A stretch of DNA of 64,000 nt from Patescibacteria group bacterium. GTDB lineage: Bacteria > Patescibacteriota > Patescibacteriia > JAQUQO01. The notes beneath the pieces are model-generated. The model did not search any database. It saw nothing but the letters and a program-made list of their open reading frames with translations, and was not told the DNA's origin. This document shows positions 46,340 through 58,102 of this stretch, in pieces (position 1 is the stretch's first letter; the number at the start of each line of letters is the position of its first letter). The stretch covers positions 452,096 through 516,095 of the forward strand of contig JAQUQO010000001.1 of assembly GCA_028716045.1 (NCBI GenBank). Reading direction: 5' to 3'. The translations under genes were made by a program, and so were the position numbers.

Positions 46340-47101
46340 TTATAATTTCTTCCTTTTGTAAAAGAAATACAGGCCGAGAAAAATCATCACTAGGCTCAAA
46401 TACTGCGCGGGAGTGAGATAATGCCAACGGAAATCGCTCCCGGGTAAATCCCAAGCCCGCAAAAAATCCGATAAAAATCGCACCGCGCCGAACCAAATAA
46501 AAAATACCGAAAGATAAAAACCCCGGGAACGTTCACGCCTCCGCAAAAACAAAAAAAATAAAAATAAAATCAGATTGCTAAGCGCCAAGATGAGCCCCAA
46601 ATCATAGCGCGCGCCGACGGGATACGCCACCCCCAAAAATGAATCGGTTAAAATACCCGGGTGGTCATGAATAAAGAAACAGCCAATCCGACCGAAAAAA
46701 AGACCAAGCGGCAGAAAAAAAATAAAAATATCCGCCCATTCCCAAAAATTCAAATTGTGACGGCGGATAAAAATAATGGCGACGGCGAAAGCGCCGGCTA
46801 AGCCGCCGAAAAGTGACATCCCTCCCTGCCAAATTTTTAAAATATCCCAGAGGTTTTTACTGTAATAACCCCATTCGTAAAAAACGATATGGAAAATTCT
46901 GCCGCCGATTAAAGCGGCGACCACTACCCAAAAAAATAAATCCCAAAATTTTTTCAAAGACAATGATTTACTCTTGGCCTCTCGGTACGCGCCAAATCCG
47001 GCGATAACAATTCCCAGCGCCGCCAGCAAACCCCAAAATTGTATTTCTACCGGCCAAAAATTTATCGTAGTAATTTTTATGTAAGGAAGCATAGATGGCA
47101 A
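46340..47101 (-). CDS. lgt: Prolipoprotein diacylglyceryl transferase
   Basis: 253 aa. [23 protein letters not shown] and GRIGCFF are Lgt signature motifs. Confidence 0.85.
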   Translation of the reverse strand: MPSMLPYIKITTINFWPVEIQFWGLLAALGIVIAGFGAYREAKSKSLSLKKFWDLFFWVVVAALIGGRIFHIVFYEWGYYSKNLWDILKIWQGGMSLFGGLAGAFAVAIIFIRRHNLNFWEWADIFIFFLPLGLFFGRIGCFFIHDHPGILTDSFLGVAYPVGARYDLGLILALSNLILFLFFLFLRRRERSRGFYLSVFFIWFGAVRFLSDFLRAWDLPGSDFRWHYLTPAQYLSLVMIFLGLYFFYKRKKL

Positions 47102-47142
47102 ACGGCTTACCGCTTATTGTTGATAGCTGATAGTGATAAGAG

Positions 47143-47610
47143 TTAAAGAGCGCCGAGAACTTCTAACGCCTTTCTAAATTCTTTTAACGCCCTGTCCGCG
47201 GTGCGATGATCTAAGTGAAATGAGGACTCGTGCGCCAGCTGATTGCGAATCTTATGAGCAAACCAGACATCTTTTATTTTGGGATATTTATAGGAAGCGA
47301 ATTTTAACCGCTCTCCCATAGTGCTCCCGGGAAGATAAAGCATTCTAAAAACATCGTCCAAAAGCTTATCCGCTTCCATTACCGCAATTTTGGCGCTCAT
47401 TTCCCCCATTTGCCCGGCTAGCGTTTCTATTTCTTTCCACCGCGCCGCGATTTTCTCGTGGCTAAGTCCCTCGCGGCCAAAACGCAAACGGTTAAAATAC
47501 CTTTGGATGTTTTTATAAGCGAGATAGCAAAAAAGAATAAACACAATCGCGCCGATTATGCCGGCGACAATTTTTATAATGAAAAATGTCTGACTTAGGG
47601 TTTCCATAAA
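47143..47610 (-). CDS. Hypothetical membrane-anchored protein with a possible HEPN-like Rx4HxxE motif (start moved to the internal ATG)
   Basis: The track ORF overlaps gatA by 56 nt. Starting at METLSQ (47610) gives a 1-2 nt overlap and a 155-aa protein with an N-terminal TM and a C-terminal AHKIRNQLAHES motif. Confidence 0.45.
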   Translation of the reverse strand, partial: FMETLSQTFFIIKIVAGIIGAIVFILFCYLAYKNIQRYFNRLRFGREGLSHEKIAARWKEIETLAGQMGEMSAKIAVMEADKLLDDVFRMLYLPGSTMGERLKFASYKYPKIKDVWFAHKIRNQLAHESSFHLDHRTADRALKEFRKALEVLGAL

Positions 47611-47611
47611 A

Positions 47612-49075
47612 TTAAAATGGTTTCTTTTTATGATAATCCGTCGCCTGCTCAAAATTATAGGCGACATTTAAAATTCTTTCCTCGCCAAGCCGCGGGCCGA
47701 TGATTTGGATGCCGATAGGCAGACTATCAGAACTAAATCCCGCCGGAACGGAAATGGCGCACATCCCCGCCACGCTGGCCGGAGAAACAAAGACATCGGC
47801 AAGATACATGGCCAGCGGGTCAGTAATTTTTTCGCCGATGGTAAAGGGCGGCGTGGGCGCGGTGGGCGTTAAAAGCACATCCACGTCTAAAAATGTTTTC
47901 TCAAAATCTTGTTTGATTAAAGTGCGCACTTTTTGCGCTTTGAGATAATAGGCATCATAATATCCGGCGGACAAAGCGTAAGTGCCGATCATAATGCGGC
48001 GTTTTACTTCAGCCGGCAGGCCGGCGGCTCGGGAAAGAGTGTAAATTTCTTCCAAGTCCCCCGCTTTGGGAGAGCGAACTCCGTAACGGACGCCGTCAAA
48101 TCGCGCCAAATTAGTGCTGTCTTCCGAAGGTACAACGATATAGTAAACCGGCACCGCGTATTCAGTATGCGGCAAAGATACCTCTTTGATTTTAGCTCCC
48201 AGCTCTTCAAATTGTTTCACCGCCTGTTCCAAAACTCTTTTCACTTCTTTATCCATATCATAATCAAGGTATTCTTTGGGTAAACCGATTTTTATTCCCT
48301 TAAGCCCATCCTCCTTTAAAAATTTTGTGTAATCAGGAACTTTGTCCGGCACTGTGGTGGAGTCGGCCGGGTCAATGCCTGCCATGGCTTCCAACACGGC
48401 CGCTGCGTCAAAAACATTTTTAGTGATAGGACCGACCGTATCCAGCGAAGAAGCCATAGGCATAATGCCATAACGGGAATTTCGGCCATAACTTACTTTT
48501 AAACCCACAGTATTGCAAAAAGAAGACGGCTGACGGATGGAACCGCCCGTGTCTTCGCCAATGGAATAAATAGCCATCTCCGCCGCCACGGCCGCCGCCG
48601 AGCCGCCGGAAGAACCCCCGGCCACACGCGTCGGCTTCCAGGGATTGCGTACCGGACCATAGTCGGAATTTTCATTGGACGCGCCATGACCAAAAGCGTC
48701 GCAATTATTTTTACCAATGATAATCCCGCCCCGCTCTTTCAGGCGATTGATGACCGTGGCGTCAAAAGGAGGAATATAATTATCTAAAATTTTGGCGGCG
48801 GCGGTGGAGCGGATTCCCTTGGTGCAAATGGCGTCTTTGACGGCAAAAGGAATACCGGAGAGTAAATCAATTTTCTCGCCGGCTTTTATTTTCTTATCAA
48901 TTTCTTCCGCGTCCGCTAAGGCCTCCTTTTCGGCCACGGTAATAAAAGAATTAATTTCTTTATCGTGTTTTTTTATCTGCCCCAAACACGCCCGAACCAA
49001 TTCTTCCGAAGAAAAGTCTTTTTTCTTTAATCCCTCGTGCGCTTCTTTAATTGTAAGTTGGTTTAATTTCACCAT
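47612..49075 (-). CDS. gatA: Glutamyl-tRNA(Gln)/Asp-tRNA(Asn) amidotransferase subunit A
   Basis: 487 aa amidase-signature enzyme (GGSSGGSAAAVA; catalytic Ser-cisSer-Lys context). Confidence 0.9.
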   Translation of the reverse strand: MVKLNQLTIKEAHEGLKKKDFSSEELVRACLGQIKKHDKEINSFITVAEKEALADAEEIDKKIKAGEKIDLLSGIPFAVKDAICTKGIRSTAAAKILDNYIPPFDATVINRLKERGGIIIGKNNCDAFGHGASNENSDYGPVRNPWKPTRVAGGSSGGSAAAVAAEMAIYSIGEDTGGSIRQPSSFCNTVGLKVSYGRNSRYGIMPMASSLDTVGPITKNVFDAAAVLEAMAGIDPADSTTVPDKVPDYTKFLKEDGLKGIKIGLPKEYLDYDMDKEVKRVLEQAVKQFEELGAKIKEVSLPHTEYAVPVYYIVVPSEDSTNLARFDGVRYGVRSPKAGDLEEIYTLSRAAGLPAEVKRRIMIGTYALSAGYYDAYYLKAQKVRTLIKQDFEKTFLDVDVLLTPTAPTPPFTIGEKITDPLAMYLADVFVSPASVAGMCAISVPAGFSSDSLPIGIQIIGPRLGEERILNVAYNFEQATDYHKKKPF

Positions 49076-49091
49076 AGCTAAAAGCTACCCG

Positions 49092-49454
49092 TTAACCCAG
49101 TTTTATTATTTGGGAAACTGTTATTAATATCGCGCCCTTGGCCGGCAATCCCTTATTCTCGGGCATCTCTTCCACGAATTTTTTCCACTTACCACTGACA
49201 TAATATCTGGCCCGACCGACTAATTTGTAACCTTGCCATTTTTTATTCCAAACAGCGAGACAAACGTTTTTATTTATCGCTAAATTTTTCTTTGTTTGTT
49301 TCATAAAATTATCGGTAATCAAAACCGTATTTTCGCCTACTACTTTTATAAAAGCCACTCCGATAACATTCGGCCGGCTGAACCTATCAACCGTGCCAAA
49401 AGCCACTGGATTATTTTCTATTATCTTTTTGGCTTCTCTGGTAATTTTTGACAT
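49092..49454 (-). CDS. Pyridoxamine 5'-phosphate oxidase-like (FMN-binding split-barrel) family protein inserted between gatC and gatA
   Basis: 120 aa. NPVAFGTVDRFSRPNVIGVAFIKVV...TVLITDNFMKQTKKNL is consistent with the PNPOx-like split barrel. Confidence 0.55.
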   Translation of the reverse strand: MSKITREAKKIIENNPVAFGTVDRFSRPNVIGVAFIKVVGENTVLITDNFMKQTKKNLAINKNVCLAVWNKKWQGYKLVGRARYYVSGKWKKFVEEMPENKGLPAKGAILITVSQIIKLG

Positions 49455-49479
49455 AAAAAAATATAAAAATCTAAAGCAA

Positions 49480-49788
49480 TTATTTTTTATTCCTTTCTTT
49501 AAACACCGCCGGGACTTTTAAATAATTATTCTGCCGTTCCGGCATATTGCTTAAAATTCCCTCGCGAACGTTTTTGCCGCAGTCAATTTCCGCATCTTCC
49601 CGCCAGACATCGCGCAGACCCGTCACCTGATAAGTTGGCTCCACGTCCTTTGTATCCACTTCATTCAACTTCCCGATATATGTCAAAATAGAGGAGAGTT
49701 CCTTCTGAAATCTCTTCTTCTCCGCGTCGGTTAAATCAATTTTGGCCAAACCGGCTATTTTTTCTACTTCTAACTTGGTTAATTTCAT
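49480..49788 (-). CDS. gatC: Glutamyl-tRNA(Gln)/Asp-tRNA(Asn) amidotransferase subunit C
   Basis: 102 aa. VEKIAGLAKIDLTDAEKKRFQKELSSILTYIGKLNEVDT is the GatC signature. Confidence 0.85.
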   Translation of the reverse strand: MKLTKLEVEKIAGLAKIDLTDAEKKRFQKELSSILTYIGKLNEVDTKDVEPTYQVTGLRDVWREDAEIDCGKNVREGILSNMPERQNNYLKVPAVFKERNKK

Positions 49789-49933
49789 AAAACCGTCTAA
49801 ATTGAATTTAATTTAACAAATTTCTAACGTCTTGACAAATAAAATTTCGTGTGGTTTACTATAGATGCATTGTTGCTCCCGGCCCATGGTTTCCCGCTGA
49901 CCCACTCGGCGTTAAAGAAACCCTGGGCCTCTT

Positions 49934-52812
<2,879 letters not shown>

Positions 52813-52823
<11 letters not shown>

Positions 52824-53538
52824 AATTTTTTGTGGAAACGGTCGTTTCTAAAGCCACTAACGGCTGTTCGCCGTAAATGGCGCCGGCTGATTGAGAAACA
52901 AATTTAATAGTCACCCACGGCTGGGTATTGGCGTTGGCGCAAATGTGTACGCCGCCGGCGCTGGTGGCCAGACACTCTTCATCCGGGAAACAGTCAGCCG
53001 CTTCCTCACATAAGCAGACATTATTTTGAGCATCATAATTTCCACTGAAACAATCCGCCTCTTCAGTAGGTAACGACTTAAAGGGGTCGGATTGCGGCCG
53101 GATATAAAATTTTAAATCAAGAAGTTTGCTCCCGCGGCTCGTGACGTCCGCCGCCTGACCATCAATGCTTACTTTCAGACAATTTTTTTGAGTGTCATTA
53201 AAACAGACGCCGGCATAAAAAACAATGGCGCGGCCCTCGCTGTCGCGCAGAGCCAACTCGCCAGTTTCATCGCCGATAACTCCGTTTAAATAATGCCCGT
53301 AATCAATTTTGCCGGCGCGAATTTCCCGGGTCATCATCTCCATGGCCAAACGGGCGTCGCTTTGAACTTTTTCTATCTCTGCCGACTTATTTTGCGCCCG
53401 GCCAGCCAACACAAAAATGTTGGAAATAATAACCAGGGCTGTGGAAAAAATAGCCAAAGTCACCAGCATTTCCATCAGGGTAAAACCAGCGGCGGATAAA
53501 TTACGTCTGGATTTTAATTGTTTCTTAAAAAATTCCAT
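52813..53538 (-). CDS. Type IV minor pilin (prepilin-type N-terminal cleavage/methylation domain)
   Basis: 241 aa. AGFTLMEMLVTLAIFS class III signal peptide. Confidence 0.7.
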
Positions 53539-53630
53539 AGCATAAATAATTCAACACTGGATGTTCAAAATTAAAATTTTGAATTTTAAATTGTAATTTT
53601 GCCTTTTGAATTTTAAATTTTGAATTATTT

Positions 53631-54224
53631 TTATCTCCAATTATACAATCTATCTTCGGCCACCAAACTATGCGGACGTCCGCGGTCAGTCCATTTAATT
53701 TCAGCCAAAACCCGCAAGCCGATTTTTTCTTCGCAAGAACTGCCGCTTTCTTCCGTGAGAATGGTATAATCCGAACAAATTTCATCAATAGTCACCAGCC
53801 GCGAAAAATTGGTTGACTCACCCGCCTCGCTATTATATAGATATTCCTCCAATTTTAATCCCGCCGCTGAATCGTTGATATTATCCGGACCGAAATCTAA
53901 AATCCAGTTTCTCGCTTCCCCTTCGCTTACCATTTTAACAATAGCTGAATGATCGCCTGGGGGGTCGTCGGCAAAATACAAACCATCATCCCAGGGTTTG
54001 CTCCCGAGCCAATTGGAATCTCTTTTATTTCTTATAACCTCCACCGCTTCGCGCGCCAAATTGCCGGCAATAATTCTTTGGCCGCTGTCACTGCTGCTGG
54101 CTAAATTAGCGACCGCTAAACTTAAAGCGCCCACGAGTCCCGTGACAATAATACTTAGGGCGATAACGGTTTCCAAAAGCCCCTGACCGCGTTCTCTGTT
54201 ATTTTTATATTTTAATCCAGCCAT
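53631..54224 (-). CDS. Type IV minor pilin-like protein (PilV-like)
   Basis: 197 aa. GQGLLETVIALSIIVTGLVG N-terminal pilin-like helix. Confidence 0.6.
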   Translation of the reverse strand: MAGLKYKNNRERGQGLLETVIALSIIVTGLVGALSLAVANLASSSDSGQRIIAGNLAREAVEVIRNKRDSNWLGSKPWDDGLYFADDPPGDHSAIVKMVSEGEARNWILDFGPDNINDSAAGLKLEEYLYNSEAGESTNFSRLVTIDEICSDYTILTEESGSSCEEKIGLRVLAEIKWTDRGRPHSLVAEDRLYNWR

Positions 54225-54225
54225 A

Positions 54226-54762
54226 TTATTCTAGGTCAATCTTACCCGAAACAGAATTAATGATTATTTTTTTAACCGCCTCCGGCAAATCTTGATGCTT
54301 AATCATAACTTCTGATTCTGCCTCAATATCGCTGCCGTTAAAATAAATTTTGGGACGGGGCGGGTCAAAAACCACGCTTAAATTTTCGGAGTTAATAACC
54401 ACGCCCTTAGGCAATGGGTATTCCGCAATAACCCCATCAACTGCCGTATAATTAAAATTCCCGTCTAAATCCGCAAAGTAAAGATAGCTGGTGGAGTCGG
54501 ACGCAAAATAAAGACCATATCCGCCCTTGGGCACAACTCCCTCAATAAGTTCGCCCGCCACGGCCGCCGTCTGCGCCTTTTTTAAATTATTGGAAATTTC
54601 TTCCGCTCCTAAATTTAAAAAATCCTGCTTCTGACCGGCACGGAAATTAACCACCACAAACATGGTCATTAAAGCAAAAATAGTAATGGAAACTAAAAGT
54701 TCAACCAGGGTAAATCCGGAACGGTTTGGGAAATAGTTTAATTTTTTATATCTTTTTAACAT
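54226..54762 (-). CDS. Type IV minor pilin (FimT/GspH-like)
   Basis: 178 aa. SGFTLVELLVSITIFALM prepilin motif. Confidence 0.7.
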   Translation of the reverse strand: MLKRYKKLNYFPNRSGFTLVELLVSITIFALMTMFVVVNFRAGQKQDFLNLGAEEISNNLKKAQTAAVAGELIEGVVPKGGYGLYFASDSTSYLYFADLDGNFNYTAVDGVIAEYPLPKGVVINSENLSVVFDPPRPKIYFNGSDIEAESEVMIKHQDLPEAVKKIIINSVSGKIDLE

Positions 54763-54828
54763 GAAAAATAATTAGAAATTCAAAGCTTAAAAATTTAAAT
54801 CAGCTGCCCCGAATTAAAATTTTGACTC

Positions 54829-55626
54829 CTATCTGATCAACTCCAGATACCAGATTATAATTTTTTCTCCGTAAAGCAGAGTTATGGCCGTCGCCACGGA
54901 CAAAAATGTCCCAAAGGGGACAGCGCTTTTCAATGTTTTTATTTTACTGATTATAAGAATCAGACCAACTGCTCCTCCAATCACGTAAGCTAAAAATAAA
55001 GCCAAAAGAATCCCCGGCCAGCCAAGCATCAAGCCCATAAGAATCCCCAAACGAATATCCCCGCCGCCGATCCAGCGTCGGCGCGAAACAACGTATTGCA
55101 GCCAGAAGAATCCTCCGCCGACAACAGCCCCCAAAAGTAATTGCCACCAAAGAACGCCCATTATCAAATTTAAAATAATTGCCGCCACCATCGCGGGAAT
55201 CGTAACTTTGTCTATAATCAGATAATATCTTAAATCATAGACAAAAATAATTATCAAAAAGGATACAAAAATCCACCCGCGCAAAATTCCTAACCAATGG
55301 CTAATGGCTAATAGCCAATGGCCATTTACTAATACACCGCTCTGATATGCTATTAATACAAATAAAATCCCCGTCGCCAACTCTACCAATGGATATTGCC
55401 AAGATATTTTATTTTTACAAAACCGGCAGTGGCCACGGAGAAAAATAAAGCTCAAAAGAGGAACTAAATCCCTCGCGCCTAAAGTATGCCCACACTTTAC
55501 GCAATAAGAACGAACCTTGGTTACCAATGATTCCTTCTTATAAAACCGCCAAATTACGGCATTCAAAAAACTGCCGATTATCAGACCAAAAATAAAAACA
55601 AAAGTATAAAAAATGATTATTCCCAT
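54829..55626 (-). CDS. pilD: Prepilin peptidase (A24 family)
   Basis: 265 aa. Zn-binding C..C...C..C (YCVKCGH...CRFCK) and polytopic peptidase domain with conserved Asp residues. Confidence 0.85.
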   Translation of the reverse strand: MGIIIFYTFVFIFGLIIGSFLNAVIWRFYKKESLVTKVRSYCVKCGHTLGARDLVPLLSFIFLRGHCRFCKNKISWQYPLVELATGILFVLIAYQSGVLVNGHWLLAISHWLGILRGWIFVSFLIIIFVYDLRYYLIIDKVTIPAMVAAIILNLIMGVLWWQLLLGAVVGGGFFWLQYVVSRRRWIGGGDIRLGILMGLMLGWPGILLALFLAYVIGGAVGLILIISKIKTLKSAVPFGTFLSVATAITLLYGEKIIIWYLELIR

Positions 55627-55719
55627 GCTTTTATTTTAGCATAATTTTCGCTTAAAACCAAAGCCCCCGACCTCGAGTATTCGGGATCAGGGGCTGTTTT
55701 AATCGGCAAAAATAAATTT

Positions 55720-56214
55720 TTACTCAACAGCGCATTCTTTAATGCCTTCGGGCGTGGAACAAACCGCCACGCCGGCCGATAAGCCCTGCGTCGGACTTTC
55801 CAAGGTAAACCTGATTTCATAATTATCACACTTCGCGCCTTCGGTATCGCAAGTCAGAGCTTGATAAGTGTAGGCATTATCCTGGGGAGGAGTAGGAGCT
55901 GGCTGTACTGATTTAATGTAAATTTGCGCGCCAGAGCAAGTATCCGTCCCCCAACCGGCGTTATCTAAGCATTTAAAATCAGCCCCCAGTTTTTTGGCCC
56001 CGTCTGATTCTTTCCCCGGGTAATATCCCCAATCAGCGTAAAAAATCTCCAGCGCCGTCTGATACTGTTTTACGTCCGCAATACGGCGTGCGTCGCGGCC
56101 TTTGGCACGGGCAGAACCCAAAGCCACTACCGCCAAGGTGGAAAGAAGGCCAATGATGGCTATAACCACCAAAAGCTCGATCAAAGTAAAGCCTTTTTTG
56201 GATTTGTTAGTCAT
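55720..56214 (-). CDS. pilA: Type IV major pilin (PilA-like)
   Basis: 164 aa. KGFTLIELLVVIAIIGLLSTLAVV prepilin leader, then ...RDARRIADVKQ. Paired C-terminal cysteines. Confidence 0.85.
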   Translation of the reverse strand: MTNKSKKGFTLIELLVVIAIIGLLSTLAVVALGSARAKGRDARRIADVKQYQTALEIFYADWGYYPGKESDGAKKLGADFKCLDNAGWGTDTCSGAQIYIKSVQPAPTPPQDNAYTYQALTCDTEGAKCDNYEIRFTLESPTQGLSAGVAVCSTPEGIKECAVE

Positions 56215-56295
56215 ACCTTTAAGTTAACTTAATATTTAAAATATTTTACACATTCTGGTATTATAGCATAAAAAGGGATAATAACCAAAGAGGAA

Positions 56296-56778
56296 TTACT
56301 TTATCTCTCCAAATCTGGCGGCGTGAACTCCGGCCTTAAGCCCGCCAACTGTTTTCCCGAGACAAAAATCAATCTGATAATTTTTTCCATCCTCGCTGTG
56401 ATAAGTAAAGGCGTTAAGCTCGGCCGTGCATCTGCCGTCAGCCGGAACCGGAGCAACCGGAATATAATTGAGATAAATTCTGCCATCGCAACTATCGCCG
56501 AAACCATTGGCGTCAAGACAAAGGGCTTTCCCTGAACCCAAGGCCAAACTGCGATAAATCGGGTAAGCGTTAAAATCATTAAAGTACATTTCTAATCCCG
56601 CCTGGATTTCTTTGAGATAGGCCACGCGCGCTACGTCTCTTGCCTTAACGCGCTCCGCCACCACAAACCACACAACTAAAAAAACAATTAGGCCGAGCGC
56701 CAAGATCGCCAGAAGCCATTGCACTACAGTTATTTTCTTTTTTTCTTCCACTTTCTGCTGCTCTTTTTCTATAAACAT
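56296..56778 (-). CDS. Pilin-like protein lacking a canonical G-F-T-L-E cleavage motif
   Basis: 160 aa. Charged N-terminus plus TM, then a pilin-like ARDVARVAYLKEIQ helix and a C-terminal disulfide region. Confidence 0.5.
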   Translation of the reverse strand: MFIEKEQQKVEEKKKITVVQWLLAILALGLIVFLVVWFVVAERVKARDVARVAYLKEIQAGLEMYFNDFNAYPIYRSLALGSGKALCLDANGFGDSCDGRIYLNYIPVAPVPADGRCTAELNAFTYHSEDGKNYQIDFCLGKTVGGLKAGVHAARFGEIK

Positions 56779-56835
56779 AGAACACGAATTAAAACGAATT
56801 AAATGCGCATTGAAATTTTTGGTCCCCTAGCCCCT

Positions 56836-56878
56836 GGTCCGTAAGCCGTAGTCCGTGAGCAATAGACTGCAGCCCCCC
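56836..56878. repeat. Copy B of the ~45-nt conserved intergenic motif (see 16131-16180)
   Basis: ggtccgtaagccgtagtccgtgagcaatagactgcagcccccc in the pilC-to-pilin intergenic region. Shares a GGTCCGTAAGC core, an AAT.AGACT block and a C-rich end with copy A. Confidence 0.4.
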
Positions 56879-58090
56879 TTACAATTGCCCGGATAAATTA
56901 TACATCGGCATAATTATCGCCGCCACCATCACGCCCACTGCTAAACCGATTATCACCATAATAATCGGTTCAATCAGGGTGACTAAACTCTGCACGGAAT
57001 TATCAACCTCGCGCGTGTAAAAATTGGTTAATTTTTCTAAAACCTCGGCCGATTTGCCGCTTTGTTCTCCGATAGCCAGCATCTGCGGCAACATCGCCGG
57101 GATCATATCCGTATTTTCCAAAAAAATTTTAGACACGGGATTGCCGTCTTCCACGGACTTAGCTGTTTTAATAACCAAATCTCTATAAACGGCATTGCCC
57201 ACCACCTCGGCTACAATCTTTAAAGCCGCCACTATTTCCACATTGCCGATAAAAAGGGTATATAAACTTCTTGTAAAACGCACTAAATATAATTTCTGAA
57301 AAATGGGACCGAAAATGGGTATTCTTAATTTTAAATAATCCCACTTATATCTGCCAGGTTCCGTGGCGGTATAAATCCTGAACCCGGCAACCAGCGCCGC
57401 CAGCGCAAACAAAAGAGCCCACCAATAGCTTCTTATAAAATCGCTCGTGCCGATTAAAAGCCGCGTAGATAACGGCAGTTCGGTTCCGGTTTCTTCTAAA
57501 ACCCCGGTCAATTGCGGAATAACAAAAACCATCATCACTATGCCGACGATAATCAAGCCACCAACAATAAAACTCGGATAAGTCATCGCTCCTTTAATGC
57601 GATGTCGTAAATCGTAATCCTTCTCCTGCTGATCGGCTAAATAATTTAAAACCTCCGCCAGCCGGCCGGTGGTTTCTCCCGATTTGACAATGCCAATAAA
57701 AAAATTGTCAAAAACCCGCGGATACTTGCGCATCGCTTCAGAAAGTTTTGCTCCACCCTCCACTTCATCGGCAATATCCTTAATAATAGAACTAAAACGC
57801 TCATTTGAGGTTTGACCAATAAGAGTCCGCAGGGCCTGCACCTCTCTGACACCGGCGGAAATCATTACCGCTAGCTGGCGGGAAAAAATCACTAAATCCT
57901 TTATGGACACTCTGTCAAAAAAAGACAGGGAAGCCGACAAAACGCTTTCCTTTTTTCGCTCTTCAATAAAAAGTATGGTAAATCCCCTCTCGGCTAAAAG
58001 GTCCGAGGCTTCTTCCGGCGCAGCTGCCTCCACCACCCCGCTCACCGCTGCCCCATACTTATTTTTTACGCGATAATTATAAAGCGGCAT
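56879..58090 (-). CDS. pilC: Type IV pilus inner-membrane platform protein PilC (GspF family)
   Basis: 403 aa. Two GspF-type repeats with conserved TM topology. Confidence 0.9.
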   Translation of the reverse strand: MPLYNYRVKNKYGAAVSGVVEAAAPEEASDLLAERGFTILFIEERKKESVLSASLSFFDRVSIKDLVIFSRQLAVMISAGVREVQALRTLIGQTSNERFSSIIKDIADEVEGGAKLSEAMRKYPRVFDNFFIGIVKSGETTGRLAEVLNYLADQQEKDYDLRHRIKGAMTYPSFIVGGLIIVGIVMMVFVIPQLTGVLEETGTELPLSTRLLIGTSDFIRSYWWALLFALAALVAGFRIYTATEPGRYKWDYLKLRIPIFGPIFQKLYLVRFTRSLYTLFIGNVEIVAALKIVAEVVGNAVYRDLVIKTAKSVEDGNPVSKIFLENTDMIPAMLPQMLAIGEQSGKSAEVLEKLTNFYTREVDNSVQSLVTLIEPIIMVIIGLAVGVMVAAIIMPMYNLSGQL

Positions 58091-58102
58091 TTAAAATTTC
58101 TA

